Below, piece after piece: positions 39,101 to 51,800 of a stretch of 64,000 nucleotides of DNA. The DNA is from Balanoglossus misakiensis (Eukaryota > Animalia > Hemichordata): the NCBI GenBank assembly GCA_040954595.2, contig CM082578.2, positions 15,670,998-15,734,997 of the forward strand, read 5' to 3'. The notes under the pieces are model-generated. The model ran no database searches. It was not told the DNA's origin and was given only the letters and a program-made list of their open reading frames with translations. Position 1 is the first letter of the stretch. The number at the start of each line of letters is the position of its first letter. A program made the translations under genes and the position numbers.

Positions 39101-39816
39101 ATCATTGACCAAAAACACCTCTGTGAGCGAATAAGAATGACCATTATTTGATATTTTCTGAGAATGTATGTCAGGTCGTCAAAGTAGGCATCTCTGCTTG
39201 TGTCTGTTTCCAATAGCACCCAGTGGGCACGCCCACAGACACCTAGGAACCTGGTGGGGATATCAACACTAAACAGATACCTATCCACAGGATGCCCCTG
39301 GTACCCAGTGGGTATAGCTCCAGATAGCTAGTGCCCATTAGGCATTACCCCATAGAACGAAATGGGCATGTCTGGAGGCACACGTCTATAGGATGCTCGT
39401 AAAATCAGACAGGCATATCCATGGAATGTTGCTTGTACCCGGTGGGTATATCCACTGGCACCCATCCCAAAGAATGTCTCTAGTACCTGATGCTCAGATC
39501 AAACTGAAAATGTCTTCAGAAGTTACATTTACAACAATATATAAATTGTTGGAATATTGTGTGGAAATGATGATGCTCCTAGATGTGTATCATACCTGTG
39601 TTTAGAGTCAATTACGATGATTTCAGTGGCATCCTTGTGCCGATACAACACCAAACAAAACTGGTCTTGTATCATTCAACCTTGGCTGTACTGGTCAAAT
39701 ATACACACATGTATTTTTTTAATCCATTTTTTCTTCTTTCCCAATATATTAAATTTCTGTTTTTAAAAAAATGTAATGTCTTTGTTTTGGTACTGGTATT
39801 TTTTTAAAAAGTGTTT

Positions 39817-42800
39817 TCAGAATCCATTCATATGCCTCTGGTCTTCTGATGTGGTGGTTTTCTCTGGACTGGAGTTGTTATTGTCACCATTGGTGCTTTC
39901 CTGGGATGATGACGGTGACGATGTCAGTGTCGATGATGGCATAGACAGTTTGTTGTTGGACTTCTCTTTGTAATCTGTTATTATGACAGTTATGTTGTTG
40001 ACCGTTACAGCCATCTGTGTGCCGCTACTTCTGTCAATGTTTTTCAATCGTGGTCTGAAACATCAAACATGGAGAAGGAAACGTTAGCAAGAACCTAATT
40101 CCCTACAAGTAAGTGGCCAGCTGAACCAGTTCAACCACTGCATTTATTGCGGATTCCAAACCCTATTCAAAACATCTCAAGGACTACAGGATCTGGGTTT
40201 CAATAAAAGACTCTCATTATTTCAATCTACGAGTTCCTGTCACTACTTCCAACACAGCTATTGACCGACACTCAAGGTCTGCACGTTCCCAGAATAGAAA
40301 CGACACCCATGTTAGCAATTGACATACCACTATGAAGGTCAACAAGGTCAAATTTTTTATCCACTTGGCAGAACATGACCCTGCTTGACAAACACAGACC
40401 CTTAATGCTGCTTGATTATCAACCATGTGGTAAATGCTGAGTATCATGTGCTGGACTTAAAACCAGACTCTCAACTGACCACTTTAACAGACATTATTTC
40501 CAAAGAAATAATTAATCATGCGTATTTTCTTTTTGTAAACATTTTTTACCAATGATTGTCATTTTTTTTCCATTTGAGTTCTTTTTTTTTTACATTTGTA
40601 TTTTTGCTAAATTCTGTGAGTGGGGGGATATGTCTCTAGAAAAATCAAAATATCTACAGCAGGATCATGACAGAAATAGATTGGAATTTATTTAAATGGT
40701 CATAAATAAGTATTAGCAACGACTATGTAAGTATTTACTTTCCATAAAGTTTTGGCAGAACAAATCAGTCCTTTCCTAAACATCACCTTGAAAGATTTTT
40801 GAGTGTCATTATTTTTCAAGGACACGCTCTTCAAGCAAGGCCACGCAAAGTAGGGTATACCATCAATGCAGTTTTTGGTAGCTATGTCGCGGATCATAAA
40901 ATCGCCATTCAAAATGCAATAACAGTGCCGCAACTGGAAACGGACTGAGAGCATCTGAACAGTCTGGAAAAGAAAACCCTTCATGAGGTTAAAACACAGA
41001 TGAGAAAATAAGTGTAACACACGTCACAGAATTTCAATTAGCAAAAGCTGCATCTTACACTGCGTTGCACTAGTAATGATATGCTCTGTATTCGTTCGAA
41101 GTCAGTGAGTGAAATTTCAATCTTGGAGAGACACACATCTCCTGTGACTGAGTATTTGATTACAAGCTTATCTTTGAGAAGAGTGTCTCCTGTGAGTCAG
41201 CTCCAAGCTCCATCTCACAGGGTGTCTCCCACTCATTGTCTACCTCTTATACCTACTACATGTGTCTGTCTGTCTGTCTGTTTGTTTGTGCAGACACATA
41301 TTTCTATGATAAACATATCTACCTGAATATACAGTGAACATGAAACATATTTACTTACAAAAACTTAACATCAAACATACTAGGACTTGTAATTATGTGA
41401 AAACCTTTCTCATATTACATCTTTATTCCGTAACATTACCTGATTCTTTTTGCTATACTTGAAGATGCAGACAACGGTGATTTCTTGCTGTGATTTCTGA
41501 TTTGTTTGGGAGCAGGAGGGGGTATTACAGCTACCTGCTGCGACACTATGTGAGGATTCAACCTTGGTTTCCTACAGAAGCAAACAGAAAAAGAAGAGCA
41601 AAAACGTGTCAATATATTTGAAGGCCAAAAGAATCAATTGAGAGGATACAAGGTGGGTGAAGGCTGTAGGATATGACGTACATGTGTAATAATGCTTCCA
41701 ACGATTAGTATTAGTGGTGGGCGGACTTGCCAACACACAACCTACGCACAATTGACAGAAACTGGAATAGAAACAATTTCAACATACACTGCTTGTTCTA
41801 GGAAAATTTAAAGTGACTTGGGAAGGATCTCAAAGATTGAGAAACTCTGTCTAGACACAAAGTCTTAACTTGCTAAAGCTGCTGTTTCTGGGAACACTAC
41901 AGAATGACAAAATGTGTTAGATTCGGTGTACATGCGCATCAACTGAATTTGATCAATTGCTGATAAAAACATGAATGTTACCATTAGAAATATACATGAT
42001 GTACTGTATTGACAAGTCCAATACTGATAAGATTTTACAAGTACATGCTGTGGGCGGACTAAAGACCATCCCATATAAACCCCAATTCACGCTTATTGTG
42101 GCTATATTTGCATGGTGTGCTTTTGCCTTAAGCACGAACAGGTATTATATTACAACTTGCCTCAAACTATCTGTAGGTGACCACCCACATACACGCATGA
42201 TACAGAATGGGTACTGGAAAAAGTAGTTTATCAGTCTATGAGAGTATTGAGACACATTTTAAACTGTGCATTCCACCCGTTCATTTTAGCAAGCTTTCCA
42301 TATCCATTGGTATTTTGTGTCTCACAGCTGACAATCATTGCAATGAATTCCCCAAGGCATAGAGATGTACAAAACAGTGTAAATGCATTCCTCTTAATAA
42401 AAGAGTAAGATAAAAGCACATCTAATTGTTACATCTTTGTAGGTGTTTTTATTCCGCCTTACATAATTACCTTCAGTACCTATTCAGTTTATTAGATGGC
42501 AACATTAGCACGTTATTACCCTTTATTACCACATTTGATTTTAACACTGTAATCTGTCAGACAGGGAAACCTGACCATAATGTTTAATACAGGCAATGCC
42601 AATTTCTTGTTTGGAGCCCTTACATACTGTGCAGACATCAGGTATACAGACTGAGATGATTTTCTGCACATATAAATAATTTAGAATTCAGAGCTTTAGA
42701 CAAATAATAAACATAAACATTTACTTGACATACATCACAATAAAGAAAAAGTGTAAAGTCTCCAGGTAACAACTGAGTCAGTAATTCTTGAAAGCAGTCA

Positions 42801-45800
42801 CAGCCATGCGGTGTAACTTGATGACCCGTTGAGAGCAGTTCACAGTAGCTATTTATTTTATGGATGGGACAAGGGAACATTTAAGACATTCCCTGGTGAC
42901 AAATGATGGAATTACAAGGCATTAACTGTATTCTAAGGTGTCTATCAAGACATTCCTTTACTGTCTATTGTCAAATGGGAAGTTTTATAACCTCCAGTCT
43001 CCACACCAACACGACAATTCTATTCCTAGGCTACACCATTGTCATGTTGGTTTATCATAAAAACCCTCTTTATTTAATTAATTAAACTAATATTGTGATA
43101 AAATTTGATTATTATTATGTACTTTTTTTCTTAATCCAACTAGTGCATGGGCAGTCAATCTGAGGTGTTCATTGACCCTTCAAAATAATACAAATAAGCA
43201 CAACCTTCCCATCTACCAGTCAAAAATAACACTTAAATTACAGTGGCTTTGTGGAAAATAAAGCAAATGATATGAAGCCAGTTATTTTACACAGGCAATT
43301 AACCAATGAATGGATGGAAAAGATAACACTAAAAGTCACTTGAATTGCTTGAGTACTTAAAGGATTACGGAGTATAAACCACTTTACAGGTAATTTTAGG
43401 GAAATGACTTGGGTCTCCACTGAGCCATGTAAAAGTCAATGCTGCACAGAGGAAGATGTTACCATCTTGTAGTTCCTTGACATATTGTAAGATTGCAGCT
43501 TAGTGATAAGAAAGTAGACATGTGAAAGATAAGACACAATTATCTCTTGGAATGATAAAAAATGATAGTTGTGGGGGGGGGGATGCCATGTTTGGACTTG
43601 AACACTGTAACTATTTGGAAATTGCTATGTGTATTGCTTGATAATGATAGACATGATGCCAATATTTGAATAAATGGATGCAATGCTATGCAATATTTTT
43701 ATAATACAAGGCAACACTGCATCGCCATAGAAAACTAAACTACTTACACCCACTCATTATAACAGGATGTCTACAGTTATATTGACTTTCAACTTTGCTG
43801 ACTGCATACAGAGCAATCTCTAAGGTAAATATGCCATGCCAAGACTAAGCAACTAAATAAACATTGCTTCCATTTTATCTGCACAAAGGAGCCAATGTAG
43901 TGTTCATTCACAGCTCACTGATTTGTCTAGTACAGTGAACACAATACCCACATACTTTGTAAAGCTAAACATACTTCTATCTGAGTTACACTCGGACGCA
44001 GAAGACCCAAGTCTGAACCTCACAGGCACCGTACCTTGTGCGTACTTCAAAACACAATGCTTCATCTTTTGTCTGAAAATTTCACAGAAGACTGAAAATA
44101 GAAGGTGTGTCAGACTTATTTATCTGCAACCCTGAACTCTAGGCAAAGTTTCTGTGACTCTGAACTCAAAGGTTACATTCCCTGCTGTTAGATTAATAAC
44201 AAAGTCATGACCTGTCTGCTAACCCACATTCCAATTCAAAATGCTGGATGTCTTTCACCCTACAAGAAAACTGGGTGTATCGAAGACCCTGGCGACTTCA
44301 AGACATGCAAACTTACTGGGAGAAATCACTTCTACCATCTTCAATATTTTTGTAATCTTTGTTCAAAGATAACGGGCACATGTTTTCTGTTAATGAAAAT
44401 CACACCAACACATTTCATTCATTTGTTTGTTTGTTTCATTTCTGTCAACTTTCTCAAAGATGAAATCCCCTTCTTGCCTTGTTGAAATGATAGGCCATTG
44501 AAAACAAATGTCCCTCCAATGTTTACTCTGTTAAGTGCTTATCAGAGCATCACACCTTAGGGTGTTAATTGGCTGTTATTGTTACATCAGTCCCAATACT
44601 AAATAAACCCAATTAACTGATAATTGATCTCTTATCAAGTTGGAGACTCAAATGTATCCAATTAATTCACAAAAGATCTTATCAACATATTCCAAATTAT
44701 GGATACAGTTACACTCTGACAGTAAACATACTAATCACTTAAAATATCACCTGAACTTTTGCCCCAGGAATGATTAAATAACCCGAACCTCTGTGTAGTG
44801 TTGATGTATTACTTGTGACAGTATGTTTACCTAATGCAGCAGTAGAGTCTTGATTTTGGGAAAATGTTGACAAGAACACTAACAGCACTTATCACTGGAA
44901 GTCTAATGCTCGATTCCTGCTTTTATGGATTAATGACTGTTAACGCTATCAAATCTTATGGGATTCCGATCTTTTCCTGCACACACAACAGTGTGGGGGT
45001 TTAGCCTTACTGTGCCCTATACAAACAAGAGGAAATTATAACCTTACAGATTGCCAAGTGGGTTAATCTGTGTAATACATGGCTACTCAGAAAATCCTAC
45101 TTATCAGTATGAAAGAGAGGCTTTCATCTCCTGATTGCAAGTTACAGTTACACTACTAGTATGTTCTGTATAAACTTACAAACAGCTGGGCCTTGGCATT
45201 CCAACTGGTGAGTTGTATGTACATGTATGACCAGAGCAGTGACACATTTCTAACATGTCTGTTCTTGTGACAAATGAATGTAATCAATTAGGATAAATTT
45301 AGGTGTCTAATGATGAATACCGCATACATATTTCATGACCATATTTAGCGATTTATAGAATACCGGAAGACCCTTAGCGAGTATACATGTACACCAATGT
45401 GTTATGAAGGGTTGACCTTAGTATTTTGCCATCGATGACAAAAATGAGCTCGAACAGATCTATAAATGTCCAAGCCAACAAAATGCATAATTTCAATAAT
45501 TAAGTCAAAGCCCAAGCAGTAGTCTTTCTGTGAAATTGCCTTGTAATAAAACATTACTATCTACCAGTACATCACGGACATGAAATTCCACATTATACAT
45601 GGACCACTTTGCTAAACTCTGTAGCAATTAATTGTCAATGTAGCCAATCAAATGCAATTCTTCACACACTTGGCACAATGTCTACCCAGAGGGCATAATC
45701 TGTTCAGTCCAAGCTTCAGCAGGTTTATAACACTCTGTACCTATTAAACTTCTCGCTTGACGATAACGTGGTTAGCTAGTGGCCTGTAAAGGGATAGCCC

Positions 45801-48800
45801 TGCAGTGAAAATGCATAACTCTTAGAGCTGCCGTGTATGTCTTACAAAACGTACAACTCTCACTCACTGACTGCCTTTCCCTTAGCCATTCCACCAGAGC
45901 AATCTAAAAAAAATTGCATGACAGAACGACAAAATGTAATCTTCCTCTGTAAAACATTGAACACATTCCACATCCAAACGATGAAGGAAACGAAATGGCA
46001 CCAACATCTGGATTTGTTTCGTGACAACAGAAATGAGAGCAAGACAAGGCTGTGGCGATTAGCGTGAGCACAGAAACTGCAGCAGAGACAAAGTGGATTC
46101 GTGGAAGCCATATAATTCAGAGAGCAGTTTCTGTGGCAACCAAAGTGCAATGTTCAAATGTATTGTGAGAGACAAAATCAGGTCATGGCCAATGATGCAT
46201 TCAACAAAAGTTCATGAACAGGTCGTGCAACAGTGCATACACACTATGCAAAATTTTTCATTGGTTCAGTACAGATCTTTTTTCTTCGTCTTTGTACTAC
46301 CAAAATCAAATAAAAAGAAACAAAATATTCCTGTTTTTCGAAAGCGAGCTTTGTGCAAGTGAACTCTCTATGAACATCAATGTTGGCATTGACATATTAA
46401 CCTTGGATGACCTACAAAAATGTAGGACACCAGCCCTGACCTGACCCTGATAGAGTGCATTGTTTGGAAATAAAATACAAAAGGTATATGTGAAAAAAGA
46501 GAAATCTAAATTGTGCTAAATTTGTATGTGACCTTTCCTATTGATGGCCAGGTTTTTATTCACCCAAAAAGAGCAAAGACATCAAAAGAAGAAAGATTGC
46601 TTTTAGACCCAAGCTGCAGAGAAGCATTTAGAATGCAGTAAATCTAAGATAGAACATCTCTCCACAGGGATGGGATAAGATGACAAGACTAATGGAACAT
46701 TGGAGACAGGCAGACTGTCTACTGCCGAGTGTGTGAGAACAGACAATGATGAAAAATGGCAACACCACGGCTGCCTGAACCATCTGCATAGATTGAAGAA
46801 AGTGTGTTGTTGAGAATAGAGAGGTTTAGTTACACGTAAATACGTTCGATCAGTACGCGTAGCGTCATTGTCACGTGATAAGCAGAGGTCGCGTACGCGT
46901 AGAACAGACGTTCGGAACGGCAAGCGATGCTTCTACGCGTAATCATGATTACGTGTAACATTTTTTCGGAATTTCTCGATATTCTCTCTTTAATTTGAGC
47001 GATTGATCTCTGCAGTGCAATTGTGATGTAGCCAGCATCCATGTTATCTAAAAAAAATCTGCCATATGTGCTAAAACCGGCGCTATTTGGTGTTTTCAAA
47101 ACATAAACACAAAAATGTATTCCCAAACTACGTTTTCAGTGGACGCCTCGACAAAGACATCGAAAAACTTCACTAAACTATCTTTCCACTGCAGTCAAGA
47201 AACTTATTGCAAGGGTGGTGATCTTAGAGAATATTCATCACTCACAAAATTTATTGAAGTGAAAAATATTTGAATTTTCTATTGTTTTTAAATATTTTTG
47301 TTATTCAAAACGGACAACTAAACCGCAAAATTCACGCGTCGCTACACATACGCGAACGCCACTGCCTGCCGTCAGACGTACGCGTATTTACGTGTAACTA
47401 AACCTCTCTAATATCTCTCAGTGCCACTTGTATGTGCATGCTGACTCCAGTGAAGTGATTGCAGATATCAAGCTACATGTACTTCTGTACAGGATGCAGC
47501 ATGTTTGCAAAATCACAGCAGTTTTTCAACATCATATTACACTGATTTTGACCATACAGCTCATTTTTATTTTCCACCTACATTTTGCTATTTTTAGATC
47601 CCTGAAGAAGATCCTCAGTGAAGGATCGAAACGTTGGTAGAACAAGTTTTTAACAATAAAACTTTTTATGAAACCCGACGCTTGTCTCCTCATCGAACTC
47701 ATCCATACTACTCAAGCAGCCGAGTTTCACCATTGGGAACACATACTGTAGTTGGACTGACCCTGTTTTACTATACAAACTCATCATATTACTTTGATTC
47801 ATGTGGAATTAAATAGCCCAACAATTATCCATCATTCAAGTTTCAATTTACAGTTACACTAACATGTATTGATAGGTTCTGATTTCTCTTATTTTCAACT
47901 CATTTTTATCTCTCACCGTACACTTTAATATAATTTACATACACTGTATATCACTGCAGTTTTCTTCTCATTTTTTTCTGCCAATCATTTTCCTTTGTCC
48001 TTTGAGGTAAGCTTAACTATACCTGGCAACCAGCCAATCTTTTGTTGTGACCTCAGTTTAACATGTTTACTGATAAGCCCTAGGATATCATGACTACCCT
48101 TAAAATTTCAAGTGTCTGCAGCCTGTCCACAGGTCAAAAACGCGCCTGGAATGCGCAAATGCTGACTGCACACTTTTCAGGGAACACTGTGTAATCATCT
48201 GAAGTCAATTGAAACGCCATTTCACTTATTGTTATCAGGGGGTGATAGACACACAGTGTCAACAAACACAGAACAGATTTCTCTTCCTGGTCTGACAGGA
48301 ACAGTTACTGTACAGGATCCACCTTGAACTCTGACAACAGATACATGTACATGTAGTACTGTACAAAATGTGACATACATGTACATTACAAGTACTTACA
48401 TGTATGTGTACTGATCGTTATTATTGTTGACAAATGCATTCAACTTTCCAGTACAGACTTGAATACAATTTCTAAATGATAACAATGTCTCCAAGCACAC
48501 ATGTTCTATGTTGAGAAGATTTACACTATCTGATGAGTCTAGCATTTGTGCTTAGGTGTGAATTAAGCCACATCTTTGCATGTATACACAAGAGGTTGTA
48601 ATACGGCTGAACACATATCCAATTGTGAACTTGCTCCTGCAGCAGATGACGCCACTAGCCAAAGACATCACTTCCAGTTTTGCGTACCTTTTTGAGGTCT
48701 GACAAAGCGAAAGTTGGAGATTTTTCATACTCTGACCTCAATTCCTGATAAGATTGTTCAATGCCTCCACAACATGACATTGATAAAACCAGAGGAGTAG

Positions 48801-51800
48801 AGTAGAGACAGATAAAGATGTCTGGTTATATAACGCATTATAGACTATGGAGTAGGCCAAGCCATCCTGGCATGTGTCAGATATCTCCTATTACACCCGT
48901 GTCCTTGTCACATTTCTTTCCAGTTCCGTACACAGCTGCAACTCTGCACACTGCCTCAGGCAAAGATTTCTTACTGTCTGCTTTTCTTGATAATTGCAAA
49001 AACTTCAATATATCCAATGCGGGAGGAGACTGCTTGCATTGCAAAATGTGTTCAACTATAAGACTTTTTTGAGAAACAATAAACATGTCTTTGTCATAAA
49101 CAGCAGTTTGAACCTAAGAACAAATTTGGGGAATAAAGAAGACTGCCGAAAGAATAATCAAATGGTACACAATTCTGCACATTTCAAAAGAGGAGTACGC
49201 TTTTCACATAACAGTAGAGTATATCTTACGGTCCACAGTGCGTCATGATCTCTTTCAAGAAGGAGACAGCTCCAGCAGCCCAAGGACAAACTCAGCTGCA
49301 TGACAACTGTAATTCATGCTTCTTCTTGGCTTTTGACTGCAAGTCAATTCAGCAAGCAACTGTATGTGGGTGGCATACCTAAGCAATTAAACATATTTTC
49401 ATTTGAAAAACTCCCTAGCGTGCCATAATCTATGGCCTTCAAGTTAACTACAAGTCTTCAGCATGATTGCTTTCTCGAAGTTCTACTTTGATATTTGTGT
49501 ATTTCATGGTGTGTTGGTAGTGTGTGGTTGACATTTCATGACAAGCATCATGATGCAGTAGTCAATTTAATCCCAAAGTTTCATGTTCTCATCTCGTGTC
49601 TGGCAAAGTCACTGGCAAATATAATAAATACATGTACATTGTATATACTATACAGCCAGCCAGCCACATTTCTGACTGAAAACTCCATCGACATGTATGC
49701 ATGCATCACTGCTATCCACTGATGAATGAAGCAAAGTGGGAATACTTGATGCAAAGGATATCTGAGAGCTAATGCAGTCAGCAAATGAACTGTGAAGATG
49801 TTCTGCAGTAAACACACTCACCCTGAGACAATACTTTTATAGTTGTACTCACACTTATACAAATATTGCTTAGTATCCCAAGACTGTGAGTTAACCCTCA
49901 CCACTAGACCACAATGTGTTTATCTGTTTGTCTGACAGACAATGCCCCAAAGGCAGGAATAGCCTGCAGCAGAAACACTTCTTGGAGACACAGTCCAATA
50001 ATAACTTGTCTTTACAAGAGTCTACGCATCACATACAATGAATTCCAGCAGAGCCACTGACTTTAGATTCAATAAGAGTTGAGAAGAAAAACAAATAACC
50101 ACCCATGACAACTGAGTGATTTGAAATTCCAAATTGCCAGGGAGGTACACGCAATACCAATAACCAAGTACCCTTCACACTATCCTTGAGATCAGTGGAT
50201 CTGACGTCAGTGTATAAGTGTCTCACACTTTCACCAGTTCTTGTCAACATTCACACAATGACGACATTCATTACAAGGATTTCCACATATGCTGCATTAA
50301 ATTCACTTATATTAGCCATATTTTATACACTATCAAAATAGTGTGATAATATAAAATCTGACCCTGTAGAAGATCTACAAATGTACACATCACCACGTAT
50401 TTCTATATTAAACATTCTTTTGGACATATGTTTCTACTATTCTACACAAACTATTTGTTGAAATGTTCTTCACATGACCAGTGTCTGCTATTGAAGAGTT
50501 CAAGGGTGGATTCATCTTGTATCTCGGTATTAAACTGCAAGAGACATTTTATACATGCTAGACAGTAGACTTGATAAACCCAAGAGCTGCACACTATACA
50601 TGTACATTACCACAGTCATCAGTAATCACAAATTTTACAACATCCACACACCTTTATACTGCATTTGCAGAAGTAATCAAGATTTTTATTATACAACTAG
50701 AAAAATATTAATTAGTCCAATGTTCCTCCTGTATGCTTAACTGCTTCAGGCTCACAAACGATGCGCTCTCATTTAAAATATCTTACAATTCACAATTGTA
50801 TACAACATGCAACTAAAAGCACATTTCCAGCTGAAACATGGCACAAATCTCCTGAGGAATGTCTAATAAAGAACTGCATGCAAACAGCCTTGAGATGCAG
50901 TGTGAATATACTATTTGTATCAGACACTGTGGTACATCCATCAATAGTGCACTGGCCTTCAATTTACATCATTTGGGTTAGCCAGTTGTTCAGTTCAATT
51001 AGAGAGCTCGCAACTTTGGTCCAGAAAACTGTCTCCATGGCAACAGTAACGGACCATGAAATAGCGGTCTGCAGTGAAGTGACTGTTCACATCACATGCA
51101 TGTGCCTTTAATGACATGGTTGCCACGACAACTGAAGATCACAGTAATTTCATTCATCTGGGGGAAATAGATAGAGGATAAAGTACATGTAATGGTCTGT
51201 GAGGCTGCCACAACCATAATTACATTGATGATTAAAGATGGGTAAGTGAAGATGTCCATGAAAAATGTCCCCTTTTTTGTACAGTGGGTTAACTGAAACA
51301 GCTGTAGCAAGACTATTGTGAGATCACACCAAGCAAAACAAGAGAGATGTAGAGAGAACAGAGTTCAATAACAAAAATCTGCAGATGAAATCATGTGGTT
51401 TTTTTTTTCTCATTTCCAATGATTTAAACGCAGATGGTTATTTTTCAAAGAATAAACCTCACCAGTGATTATTTTATTTGAAAGTATACCATCAGTCTCT
51501 CCAGCGAGACTTCAAACCTGTGCCTTGGAACAAAAAAAGCGGCAAAACCGCAGGTGCCTGTCTTAACATGCGATTAGATCAAGCTGTTCTCTGCAGCTGA
51601 CAAATACAACTCCAATGTAGGATGCTGACAAGAAAATGTAAGAATGCTTGGAGATTTCACACAAGAGCGGTTATCCCACACAAGTGTGGGCACTTGATTT
51701 GCACTTGATCTGCTGTTATTTATAGAGATTGACACTTCGCACCATGTATTTCATTCGCTACAATTTGACGACATAGAATCGAAGCATCCGATTGGACAGT

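Noticed and set aside
38304-39605. Cluster of 60-110 aa ORFs and a GC-richer patch with cccagtgggca-like motifs
   Set aside because: No recognisable domains or coherent splice structure; probably UTR plus an old repeat whose ends I cannot define.
46603-47126. ORFs overlapping the 592-bp MITE as a possible transposase
   Set aside because: Short, cross the element boundary, and show no DDE motifs.
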